Positions 31,195 through 39,835 of a stretch of DNA of 64,000 nucleotides are shown here, in pieces. Positions within the stretch are counted from its first letter, which is position 1, and each line of letters starts with the position of its first letter. The notes below the pieces were generated by a model that saw only the letters and a program-made list of their open reading frames with translations, searched no databases and had not been told where the DNA came from. Source of the DNA: a virus; the IMG/VR virus record IMGVR_UViG_3300025592_000986; one strand, written 5' to 3'. A program made the translations under genes and the position numbers.

Positions 31195-31860
31195 CTACCA
31201 CCAATACAAGCTTATGTTTTCGTTTTTATAACTTTCTAACACGTTAGCTTTTAGTTGGCGAAAAACGTTACTAGGCATTTTTCTCGAATGATCCTCGAAA
31301 TATATTGATTTAACGTTCTTATACGCGCCAGATTCATATAATCTTTGTAATATCTCATATTCCGCGCCCTCTACGTCCATTTTCAACACGTCTATGGGCT
31401 TGTCGATGGTGGCAATAAGCTCGGAAACATCCAGGCAGGTCACTTCCACGTTTAAACTCAAATCTGTTATATTGGTTTTTTCAGACATGAGTGTAGCTCC
31501 GCCGTTAAGCGCTGAAGCTGCCCTCTTGAAATAGAAAGTCTTTTTCTCGTTAGTTTTCCATATCGCAGAATTAGACAATACAATATTGTCGTTATCTGCA
31601 TAATTCTTCTCAAGCATAGAAAAGAACAGTGGGTGGGGTTCAAAAGCATACACCTTGCAGCCAACGGGCGACAAAACCCTCTCTACTTCGCCGTAGTTGG
31701 CCCCAATATCAAGAACGATCGAATCTGAGTTTAGGGACTCTATTTCTATCAACTCTTTAGTCTGCATTGCAGTCTTTTCTCGATCCGAATATTTGTCTGA
31801 TAAAACTTCTTCAGAAAATCTAAACTTTAAAAAATTAATCCCATCTAGGCCGTGCTTCAT
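31195..31860 (-). CDS. FkbM-family methyltransferase
   Basis: VLDIGANYG, YAFEP, LKMDVEGAE. Confidence 0.9.
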   Translation of the reverse strand: MKHGLDGINFLKFRFSEEVLSDKYSDREKTAMQTKELIEIESLNSDSIVLDIGANYGEVERVLSPVGCKVYAFEPHPLFFSMLEKNYADNDNIVLSNSAIWKTNEKKTFYFKRAASALNGGATLMSEKTNITDLSLNVEVTCLDVSELIATIDKPIDVLKMDVEGAEYEILQRLYESGAYKNVKSIYFEDHSRKMPSNVFRQLKANVLESYKNENISLYWW

Positions 31861-32405
31861 CTCTGGGTTCTCCCTTCTATTAGTTTTATGTCGTCGATGG
31901 TGTGTATATCGTGCACATCACAAACAAAGACACCGGTCTTTGTACTCAACTCTTTCTGGTTTACATACCAGGGCCTCATAATCCTAAAAGCAGCGTTCAT
32001 CATAAGATTCTTGTCAACGCTTATCAGCTCATTTCTGTCATATTTAAAGAACGTGTCTATTGCCTCGTCTAAAATGTCTCCGGTTATCTCTGGTGAGTTT
32101 GCTTGCAGCGAAACAACAGCGCTGCCGCTAAACTCTATAGAGTTGAAACAATTTCTAATCGCAACCATTTTGTACGTGTTGTCGTCTGAAAACTTTGGAT
32201 TTCTTTTGAACAGGTTCGCTCCAGATTCTACAGCAACCTCTGCTATCTCATCATCTTCTGTCGTGACCCAGACGGCATCTACCTTCTTGCTGTCCAGTGC
32301 GGCTTTTATAGACCAGTGCAGGAGGGGCTTACCCCAAATAGGGTAAATGTTCTTTTTACGTAGCCTTTTGGAGCCGCCTCGGGCGGGTATAATAGCTATT
32401 ATCAT
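31857..32405 (-). CDS. neuA: CMP-nonulosonate synthetase (acylneuraminate cytidylyltransferase)
   Basis: IIPARGGSKRLRKKNI, GKPLL, LQANSP, DIHTIDD. Confidence 0.88.
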   Translation of the reverse strand: MIIAIIPARGGSKRLRKKNIYPIWGKPLLHWSIKAALDSKKVDAVWVTTEDDEIAEVAVESGANLFKRNPKFSDDNTYKMVAIRNCFNSIEFSGSAVVSLQANSPEITGDILDEAIDTFFKYDRNELISVDKNLMMNAAFRIMRPWYVNQKELSTKTGVFVCDVHDIHTIDDIKLIEGRTQR

Positions 32406-32411
32406 TTATAA

Positions 32412-32440
32412 ATACTACCCTAAATTCATCTTAATGTCAA
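32412..32440 (-). promoter_or_regulatory. Sigma70-type promoter TTGACA-N17-TAGTAT, probably giving a leaderless neuA mRNA
   Basis: Perfect -35, 17-nt spacer, -10 ends 6 nt before ATG 32405, no SD. Confidence 0.75.
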
Positions 32441-32478
32441 GTAAAAAATCACCCGAACAGGTTACTAGTGATACTAGA

Positions 32479-33501
32479 TTAATTTTTGACATTTTTGACC
32501 AACCTTTCTATGATTCTCATACTCACATTCTTGTTATCAAACAGATGTTCTAATCTAGCTTTTGCAAACTCATCTGCAAAATCATTCGATGTAAGATGAA
32601 GTATTGCTGCTCGTAGGTCAACGTTTGAATTATTTGCTTCTATGCAGTACTTATATTTATACAAATAGTCGTGTGTCACCCTGTATTGTTTCTTAACCCC
32701 GTGTCTAACTTCTGGCTTTACATCAAAATTCAGTATTGGGGTGTCGTTCATCACACTTTCTTCTATCGTGGTTGATCCAAAATTAATAACAAAGTCGCTA
32801 ACCTCTAAAAGTTCTTGTGTTGTGTGTGGGTGCCAGGAATCGTCTTCAAAGTAATAATCCCCGTTATCTCTAAGTGTCTTAATAGCGGTGGCGTTCAAAG
32901 GGTCTTTGCCTCTGGTTTTTACAAGTAAGGTATAACCCATTGATTTGACAGTGTTCAAAATGTTATCCACATCTACATTGTTTGCATCTCGCGTTTTAGG
33001 CCACACTATGAGCGCATTTTTCGAGTCGCTCAGATTATACTTCTCCAAGACTTCCTGTTTTGATATTTTTATGTCATATTTTGGAATCCCAAGATACAGG
33101 TTCTTTTTACTAGCAAGTCCGTAATATTCAGATATTGCTTTGCTTGGCATCAGTATATGATCAACAAAAGGCTCATACAGGTGGTGACTTTCAATAAAAT
33201 CAGTTTGATAAGTTAGGACCGCTTTTTTAGCTACCTCGTTTGCCCTAACCAGGTCGATGCCCGTCTTTTCACTAGAAAACAACACACCTGCGCAAGCTGT
33301 GACTGCCGAAAAATGACCAAGACTAACTCTGTTTTCTGACGTGAATGCTGATAATTCTTTTTTATGTCGCAAGGGGCAGTTGTATTTACCTGAAGGTCCG
33401 ACAAAGAAAGTTGATTTCAAGCCCATATCGTTGCCCGCTTTGACTAGCGGTGCAAAATATCTAAGGTGAGTCATCTCAAGAAGTAAGAAATTAAGATTCA
33501 A
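32479..33501 (-). CDS. GT-B fold transferase, TagF/sialyltransferase-like; candidate nonulosonate transferase
   Basis: LGIPKYD, LLVKTR, ELLEVSDFVINFGSTTIEES; adjacent to neuA. Confidence 0.6.
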   Translation of the reverse strand: MNLNFLLLEMTHLRYFAPLVKAGNDMGLKSTFFVGPSGKYNCPLRHKKELSAFTSENRVSLGHFSAVTACAGVLFSSEKTGIDLVRANEVAKKAVLTYQTDFIESHHLYEPFVDHILMPSKAISEYYGLASKKNLYLGIPKYDIKISKQEVLEKYNLSDSKNALIVWPKTRDANNVDVDNILNTVKSMGYTLLVKTRGKDPLNATAIKTLRDNGDYYFEDDSWHPHTTQELLEVSDFVINFGSTTIEESVMNDTPILNFDVKPEVRHGVKKQYRVTHDYLYKYKYCIEANNSNVDLRAAILHLTSNDFADEFAKARLEHLFDNKNVSMRIIERLVKNVKN

Positions 33502-34102
33502 TCTTCAACTCCGCCAAAGTGTAGAACCTGTGTTTAACTGTATCTCGAAACGTCAGCAGGTTTTCTAAATGTATCCCATCGTCAGTGAGCATGGTTTGGG
33601 TGATAATTTGATCTTGATGGTTTGATTGGACTCCAAAGTCTTCTCCATACAGGTCGGGAAAGAATGGCAATATTGTCTTGCTGTTGTTCTTCTTCACAAA
33701 GACTGTCTTGCCCCCTATTAATTCGGGATTACCGGTCATGAAGTCAAATACAACCCTGTCATTTTTACTGCAGGTATGCTTAATGTTGGAGACCAACATC
33801 TTAGCCGAGCTACATAAAAATAATATTCTTAACCCCACAACCAGGTCATACCCTTCGATATTCCAAGGACCGTGTACATCCCATTTAAAAGAATTACCAC
33901 CCTGATCATTGTCAATATCATAAAAGTGGTGTTCTAACCCATCTATGTCAGTCTTCGAAACAATACCGTCGAACATTTCTGTGTAATTCCTGTCCTGTTG
34001 TCCGAGCCAGGCGATCCTGTGACCCTCTTCTAGATTTTCGTTTATGTACTCAGAAACTTTCTGCGAGTACAACGGCATAACTACTTTATCGCTCATTCCC
34101 AT
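33491..34102 (-). CDS. Putative SAM-dependent methyltransferase-like protein
   Basis: RIAWLGQ / FYDID / WDV / YDLVVGLR spacing resembles a degenerate class I MTase. Confidence 0.4.
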   Translation of the reverse strand: MGMSDKVVMPLYSQKVSEYINENLEEGHRIAWLGQQDRNYTEMFDGIVSKTDIDGLEHHFYDIDNDQGGNSFKWDVHGPWNIEGYDLVVGLRILFLCSSAKMLVSNIKHTCSKNDRVVFDFMTGNPELIGGKTVFVKKNNSKTILPFFPDLYGEDFGVQSNHQDQIITQTMLTDDGIHLENLLTFRDTVKHRFYTLAELKIES

Positions 34103-34809
34103 TATAAATTCTCCATAAAAACAAAATCAATGTTATTCTCGTGACTTTCTAAAAAATCTGACAGATTCACCATATGGTCCTCGCTGAGATAGTTCCTGTC
34201 CCATTCGCAGGCGTGATAAACTATGCCACAACTTTCTTTAATTTCTAGTTCTCTGAATGGTGGGAACACAGTGGAATAGTTCGACCTGTATTCTTTGTCT
34301 TTCCCTTGATAACTTTCTAGCGCATAATCTATGTCTGAAACAGCGAACAACTCGATTCCCTGCTCACTTAGCGCGTCCCAGGCTCGTGGGCCCATTCGCC
34401 AAGCGGGTGGTCTGAATATTGGTTTAAACACATCTGACAATCCTGCCTTCTCCACTTGATTCTTCATACTTTTAGTTCTTTTTACAGCCTCGTCGTACGT
34501 AATATCTAAAAACTCGTTGTTGTCGTTTTCGCCTGGGATCCCGTGATAGTACCCGTGGTAGCAAATTTCATAATTTTCTTTTGGAAGATTTTTTATCTCT
34601 TCGCAAAATTCTGGGTATTTCCAAATCACCAGCGGGTGTTGTGTTATTACTCCCGGTCTCTTCGTTCTCCAATATGCTATCGGAACAAACAGACTAAACT
34701 TTATGTTTGGAAATCTCCGAATCAGCTTCTCACACATCTTTAAAACTTTTGTTGACGCTTTTGGGTGCGGAGAAACGTCATCAATGCTTATGTTTACTCT
34801 GTATTTCAT
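34102..34809 (-). CDS. Polysaccharide deacetylase-like protein (CE4/DUF2334-type)
   Basis: ISIDDVSP, EICYHGYYH, FRPPAW, VYH. Confidence 0.8.
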   Translation of the reverse strand: MKYRVNISIDDVSPHPKASTKVLKMCEKLIRRFPNIKFSLFVPIAYWRTKRPGVITQHPLVIWKYPEFCEEIKNLPKENYEICYHGYYHGIPGENDNNEFLDITYDEAVKRTKSMKNQVEKAGLSDVFKPIFRPPAWRMGPRAWDALSEQGIELFAVSDIDYALESYQGKDKEYRSNYSTVFPPFRELEIKESCGIVYHACEWDRNYLSEDHMVNLSDFLESHENNIDFVFMENL

Positions 34810-35714
34810 ATGTTATTAATCACCTCCAGGTACTTGGATACAACATCATCGTTGTTCCTATCGTAGGACATAGCCCTATTCTTATAAGTACTATATGAGG
34901 AGGCTACAAGCCTAACTGATTCCAACAAGCTTTCGAAAGTGTTAAACGACTCTCCGTAATCTTTGCAGTAATTATTTATGCTACCACCTTCGTCGTGATA
35001 AACGATCGGCAAGCCACAACCTAAAGCCTCCACTACGTGATTCGCGCCCGCTTCCTCGATGCTAGCTGTGATATATATTTCGCTTTTCGGCAATTCCAAA
35101 GACAGGTCTATAGCTGCTATCGGGGCAGTGTGATTCTTGATCAGCACTTCTTCTGGTAATCTGCCGATGTATCTAAAGTCAAACTCAAATGTCTTGTCGA
35201 TGTGATTCTGCAGGAAACTGTAAAAATGAAATCCTTTTTTGGGATTCTTGGACCAGTGGTGGGTCACGAGGCGCGGTCTATTGGATATATCAAGCTCTGG
35301 CTGTCTGTTTGCATAAAATATCGACATTGGCGCGTTGTGAACGACCTCACAGTTATCCCCTTTGAAACCTATCCAGTCTCTTGCCCACTCGCTTGGAAAT
35401 ATCATAAAGTCGGATATTTCCAAAGTTTGAGCCACCAACTTCGTCAACTCCGGCTTACTGTGGGTGCCAAGATCTCCGACTCGCTGGATGATTCTTGTGT
35501 TTGGATTGGCGTTACGATAATTTATGAAGTGTTGATACCATTCTCCGTAATCATTTGGTCGCGGATCAATACAGAATATAACATCTATGTTTTCCTCAAG
35601 CCTGAAACATACGGTGTGGCCTTCTTGGCTAAGTTGTTTAACCAACTTGTTGACGGTCTTTATTCCGCCGCCCCAGGGGCCCTGCTTTGGTTGCCTGTTT
35701 ATATAGATCTTCAT
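34806..35714 (-). CDS. Glycosyltransferase, GT4-like
   Basis: GPWGGG, IFPSEW, KKG, EEAGANHVVEALGCGLPIV. Start moved to ATG 35714 with GGAGG SD. Confidence 0.85.
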   Translation of the reverse strand: MKIYINRQPKQGPWGGGIKTVNKLVKQLSQEGHTVCFRLEENIDVIFCIDPRPNDYGEWYQHFINYRNANPNTRIIQRVGDLGTHSKPELTKLVAQTLEISDFMIFPSEWARDWIGFKGDNCEVVHNAPMSIFYANRQPELDISNRPRLVTHHWSKNPKKGFHFYSFLQNHIDKTFEFDFRYIGRLPEEVLIKNHTAPIAAIDLSLELPKSEIYITASIEEAGANHVVEALGCGLPIVYHDEGGSINNYCKDYGESFNTFESLLESVRLVASSYSTYKNRAMSYDRNNDDVVSKYLEVINNI

Positions 35715-35716
35715 AG

Positions 35717-35794
35717 TTAGCCTCCGTAAGCTACGTAACCTATAATGTAGCAAGAGCCGAAAAATATACCTGCAATCCGCAACGCTTCGAGCAT
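35717..35794 (-). CDS. Putative 25-aa single-pass membrane peptide MLEALRIAGIFFGSCYIIGYVAYGG
   Basis: Fills the gap between two GT genes (1 nt after the upstream stop, 2 nt before the next ATG); GGAG upstream; hydrophobic. Confidence 0.5.
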   Translation of the reverse strand: MLEALRIAGIFFGSCYIIGYVAYGG

Positions 35795-35795
35795 C

Positions 35796-36725
35796 TTAAA
35801 TCTGGGCTCCGACTAAATTAGGGTCGGACTTAAGCTTTATCCATTGGCCGTGGTCATCGATGGGTAGTTTCCAGCCGTTGGAAATAGCTATCTCCTCTAT
35901 ACCCACAGGTACAGTTGCATCTTCGTGAACCTCCACTAAGGTTTCATAATCGTGTATTTCGTAATACAGGACGCCGTTTGGGTCATTGGGGGGAGTCCAG
36001 TAATCACCGTATCTCAAATCGCCTCTAACTCTTGCGTTCCCGCCTTGCTCATTAAAAATGCCAATCGAAACAGGGATCATCCCGGACGCATAGTACTTTA
36101 CAGTACCCTTACTTTTAAAGAGTTCTTGCATCTTTTTAAGCATTTTTGTCTCAGAATCTTGGCCACCTTCGTGCGAGTCGTTGTTGGTCGACCACGGAGC
36201 CATCTGCTGTAGTGTTTCTTTCGAAATCATACAATTCATTGCTCCCATAACTGGGGGGCGATTGTAATGATAAGTGAACTTGAAATCATCACCTAGGATG
36301 TTTGAAAACACTCCAGACTGATTTCTTACTGTCCTTTGGGCGTCGAAAGAAACACAGCCAGTCGTATCATCAAATTTTTGAAAGAACTCAACGTATTCAT
36401 TCAGCCAACCGCCGCGAATGACAAACTGTACGTCTGCGGGTATCATAGCGACATAGTCTCCAGTGGAGTTCTCTGCCAAGATATTTAACGCCCTAGCATA
36501 TTCGTTCGAAGGGTCTCTTTCTTTTTGTTTATATACTTTAAAGCCTCGATCCCTCAATTCTTCTAAGTATTCGTCTGTACCATCTTCCGTCGAAGCATTG
36601 TCTACGACCAATATTTCTTTGTTTTTGTAATCTTCTGTACATAAAAGAAAAGATTCCACACAACTTCTCAAGTAGTGTAGCCTATTGCAATTGACAAAAC
36701 CAAATGACACTTTAGGTTGACTCAT
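35796..36725 (-). CDS. Glycosyltransferase family 2
   Basis: VSFGFVNCNR, EILVVDNASTEDGT, GGQDSE. Confidence 0.85.
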   Translation of the reverse strand: MSQPKVSFGFVNCNRLHYLRSCVESFLLCTEDYKNKEILVVDNASTEDGTDEYLEELRDRGFKVYKQKERDPSNEYARALNILAENSTGDYVAMIPADVQFVIRGGWLNEYVEFFQKFDDTTGCVSFDAQRTVRNQSGVFSNILGDDFKFTYHYNRPPVMGAMNCMISKETLQQMAPWSTNNDSHEGGQDSETKMLKKMQELFKSKGTVKYYASGMIPVSIGIFNEQGGNARVRGDLRYGDYWTPPNDPNGVLYYEIHDYETLVEVHEDATVPVGIEEIAISNGWKLPIDDHGQWIKLKSDPNLVGAQI

Positions 36726-37402
36726 ATTTTTACTCCTACAAATTCTCCATTTAAGAGATTTGGATATTCTTGATTTCTGTATATAATAATTGGCTCGTGG
36801 TCGGACAGTGGTTTGTATTTCGCTGCGCTCCAGTCCTTGTTCTCTCTTAAAAACTCATCAACTGCAGGTTTAACACCTTTTTTTTCAGACTCGGTTTCGA
36901 TTCTTTTTGTTGCATCAGGATTGTCTTTGTATTCTTCAAAGTCTGCAAAGTACTCGTCTTTTTCAGACCACCTACCGTCATAATCATCGAATATAACAAT
37001 ACCTCCTTGCAAAAGAAGATCGTTGATTTGTTCAAGCTCTCTCTTTACAGTATAGTAATTATGATCCCCATCGATAAGCATCAGGTGGAAATACCCGTTA
37101 GTCGCACCCATATCTCGCAGCTCGGATGTCATATTCGGCAAATACTCCAGACTCGACATACGATAAAAATCAAACGATTGCTCGGCTGTCGTACTATTTT
37201 TCATCAATTCCAATTGAACAAGAAGCTCGTCGCGTGTAATAATGTCATTTCCCACAAGGTGAAATTTATCTTTATTGATAGACAACCAGTTCAACAAGGG
37301 TAAAAGCATCTGCCCTTTGTCCACTCCAACTTCCAGGACCCTTGGATTTTCTATATCTCTTAGAAACACTTTGATAACATCGAAATAACCCCAGTATGCC
37401 AT
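36722..37402 (-). CDS. Class I SAM methyltransferase (Methyltransf_24-like)
   Basis: VLEVGVDKG, LIDGDHNY, GGIVIFDDY, GVKPAVDEF. Confidence 0.88.
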   Translation of the reverse strand: MAYWGYFDVIKVFLRDIENPRVLEVGVDKGQMLLPLLNWLSINKDKFHLVGNDIITRDELLVQLELMKNSTTAEQSFDFYRMSSLEYLPNMTSELRDMGATNGYFHLMLIDGDHNYYTVKRELEQINDLLLQGGIVIFDDYDGRWSEKDEYFADFEEYKDNPDATKRIETESEKKGVKPAVDEFLRENKDWSAAKYKPLSDHEPIIIYRNQEYPNLLNGEFVGVKI

Positions 37403-38367
37403 TATATTACCCCCCTTGCGATCAAGTTATCACCATCTTTTAAACCTAACTTCTTGAACAATTCGTCTGCCCAGTATTCTTGACCTTCAAAGCCTACCCT
37501 GTGCAAAACTATTGCAGAAAACCAACCAGTCTTGACCACAACCCCGTTAAAGTCCGTCCTGACGATTGTACCCGGTTCGAAACTGGTGGCACACCTTGTG
37601 GTACTAATCGTCCACAATCTCAAATCGCCAAATTCCAGAGGAACAAAGGCTCCAGGATATGGATGTGTCAACCCTCTAACGTAATCTGAGATCTTTGTAG
37701 CTTGCCAGCTTAGATCCACTATACCATCTTTTGGCGTTCTTTTATAATATCTTGTGGCCCCACTTTCGTCCTGGTGGTTTAGCACCTCCGAATTTGAAGC
37801 TATTCTTGGGATCGTCCTCTTTATCATCTTTATAGCTGTCTCATCAACCTTATGGTAGGCGGTTCTTATGTCGTCTCTCGACCTTATAACAAACGGCTCA
37901 AAGTCAACAATATCGCCAGTGTCAGTCTTTGATTCCATAACAAAAAGACTATTACCCCACTCAAATTCACAACCGTTACTTTCAATTATTTTCCAATTCA
38001 TTATGGCTGCGCCTCGGCCGGCGGGTAATGGCGAGGGGTGTATTCCAAGACAATACCTTTTGGGAATGTCTAGTATGCTTTGTTTGAAAATTTGGGACCA
38101 TCCGCACTGTATGATCAAATCACAGTCAGTCCCTTTAATCCATTCTTGTTCGGAGTTTATATCACCAGTCCACAGCATTCTGTATTTAGATTCAAAGTCT
38201 CCAAGGCTGTCGTAATTTGATTTAGACCTCCCCTTAGATTCATCTAGGCCTATGACGCCAGCAATCTCGCATATACCCTCTAAACAATTTATTACTTTTC
38301 TGGCTAATGGTGTGCAGCCGACAACAACTACCCTTAAGTCTGGCCTGACAGTATCTTGCTTGCCCAT
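37402..38367 (-). CDS. N10-formyl-THF-dependent formyltransferase, probably a nucleotide-sugar N-formyltransferase (ArnA N-domain-like)
   Basis: HPSPLPAGRGAA, DTGDI, KRTPKDG, VRGLTHPYPGAF. Confidence 0.85.
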   Translation of the reverse strand: MGKQDTVRPDLRVVVVGCTPLARKVINCLEGICEIAGVIGLDESKGRSKSNYDSLGDFESKYRMLWTGDINSEQEWIKGTDCDLIIQCGWSQIFKQSILDIPKRYCLGIHPSPLPAGRGAAIMNWKIIESNGCEFEWGNSLFVMESKTDTGDIVDFEPFVIRSRDDIRTAYHKVDETAIKMIKRTIPRIASNSEVLNHQDESGATRYYKRTPKDGIVDLSWQATKISDYVRGLTHPYPGAFVPLEFGDLRLWTISTTRCATSFEPGTIVRTDFNGVVVKTGWFSAIVLHRVGFEGQEYWADELFKKLGLKDGDNLIARGVI

Positions 38368-38891
38368 CTTCTCGCTATCTCCTTGTGACCTTTGTTAGTA
38401 AAGTGAACATTGTCAATGTAGTCCACCTCTACACCAGACATATCACAAACGGAAAAGCCCATTTCCACACTCAATTTGTGTATAACAGAATTGTAAACCT
38501 CTATTTTGTCAGTGTTCTTATAATACAAGGGTGTGAAGCCTAGTCTTGGAAGGGTTCCAACCATAACATGCATTCCGTGGATCTTGCACATATTGATGAT
38601 CTGTCTTAAATTGTCTTCATAGACTTCACTGGGTGTGTTTTTTTGAGTGTCGTTTGTACCAATAAGTATTAGGGCTATTTTTGAATCTTTGTGGGACTTA
38701 CAAGCCCCCCAAGTTCTTTTAAGGAGGTCTACACTGGTCTCACCACTGATGCCGTAGTTATGGCATATGTAGTGTTCGCCAGTGTGTCCAGTCAATATCC
38801 TGGATAGTTCTATAGTTGGGGACCTCCCGAACTCGTCTCTCGCGCCATATGTGATCGAATCACCAAGACAAAGTATTTCATTCCAAATCAT
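38334..38891 (-). CDS. SGNH/GDSL hydrolase or acyltransferase
   Basis: LGDSITYG, GISG, GTND, DNVH. Confidence 0.92.
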   Translation of the reverse strand: MIWNEILCLGDSITYGARDEFGRSPTIELSRILTGHTGEHYICHNYGISGETSVDLLKRTWGACKSHKDSKIALILIGTNDTQKNTPSEVYEDNLRQIINMCKIHGMHVMVGTLPRLGFTPLYYKNTDKIEVYNSVIHKLSVEMGFSVCDMSGVEVDYIDNVHFTNKGHKEIARRWASKILSGQT

Positions 38892-39835
38892 AATCTATAA
38901 TGCTCTTTCATCCATTGCACTGTTTCCCAAACACCTTCTTCCAGTGATACTGTATCTTTGTGATCTAAATCTCTTACCGATTTTGAATTATCCACCAGTT
39001 TGTGCTTGGTTGTCAAGATCTCGCTATGCGCCTTATAGGTGACGAGGTTTGGATCCGCTTGTGTGAATTTGACCAGTAACTCAGCAAGATGCTCGATTGT
39101 GTGTTCTGATTTAGAAGCAATATTATAAACCTCCCCATCAATAAAATTGTCAGCTATATTGGCGAGCGTTCTAACACTGTCGTATATGTATGTGCTCGTT
39201 CTAGAATGGCCTTTATACACGGTAATTGGCTTGCCGGTCAGCAGGTCGTATGTAAACAGGCAGTTGACACTTCTGAACGGATGATACCATTCTCCAGGAC
39301 CGTAGGTATTAAAAAACCTGACTAGGACAGTCTCTGTACTGAATTGTTGTCGAGAATTGAATGCCTGCATCTCGTTGACCCTCTTACTCATAGCATAGTC
39401 GTTCATTTGAGGAATAGGGGTTTTCTCAAGCACGTCTTCATACATAACACCCTCATAGTCGCCGTAAACCTCTGACGAAGAACAGTGGACCAATTTAAAC
39501 CCAAGCTTCTCTTGCAATCTAATTATATTTTTCATTCCAATGACATTGGATTTCCAAACTTTTTCATAAAAATGTTCACCGTTCCAGCGACCAAATTCTG
39601 CGGCACAGTTGTAGACCAGATCAGGCTTAACATACTCAATAACCTCTTGTATTTGCCTGTACTCTCCAATGTCACATCGGAAGTAATCGTCATCCTTGAT
39701 TTTTCCCATACCATGGCCGTATTTTCTATCTGTATGAAACAAGTCAACACCAAAAACTTTATGTCCTCGGATTTTTAGTATCTCCTCCAATTTACTACCA
39801 ATGACGCCTTGGACGCCTGTCACCAAAATCTTCAC
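38888..39835 (-). CDS. NAD-dependent nucleotide-sugar epimerase/dehydratase
   Basis: TGVQGVIG, SSSEVYG, YAMSK, RFFNTYGP. Confidence 0.92.
   Translation of the reverse strand: MKILVTGVQGVIGSKLEEILKIRGHKVFGVDLFHTDRKYGHGMGKIKDDDYFRCDIGEYRQIQEVIEYVKPDLVYNCAAEFGRWNGEHFYEKVWKSNVIGMKNIIRLQEKLGFKLVHCSSSEVYGDYEGVMYEDVLEKTPIPQMNDYAMSKRVNEMQAFNSRQQFSTETVLVRFFNTYGPGEWYHPFRSVNCLFTYDLLTGKPITVYKGHSRTSTYIYDSVRTLANIADNFIDGEVYNIASKSEHTIEHLAELLVKFTQADPNLVTYKAHSEILTTKHKLVDNSKSVRDLDHKDTVSLEEGVWETVQWMKEHYRL

Noticed and set aside
32407-32414. T4 late promoter TATAAATA on the + strand
   Set aside because: It points antisense to the local genes and overlaps a better-supported minus-strand sigma70 promoter.
37402-38367. 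Methionyl-tRNA formyltransferase (fmt)
   Set aside because: It sits among sugar enzymes, has ArnA-like RTP.DG / HPYPGAF segments, and lacks the FMGTPxF start typical of Fmt.
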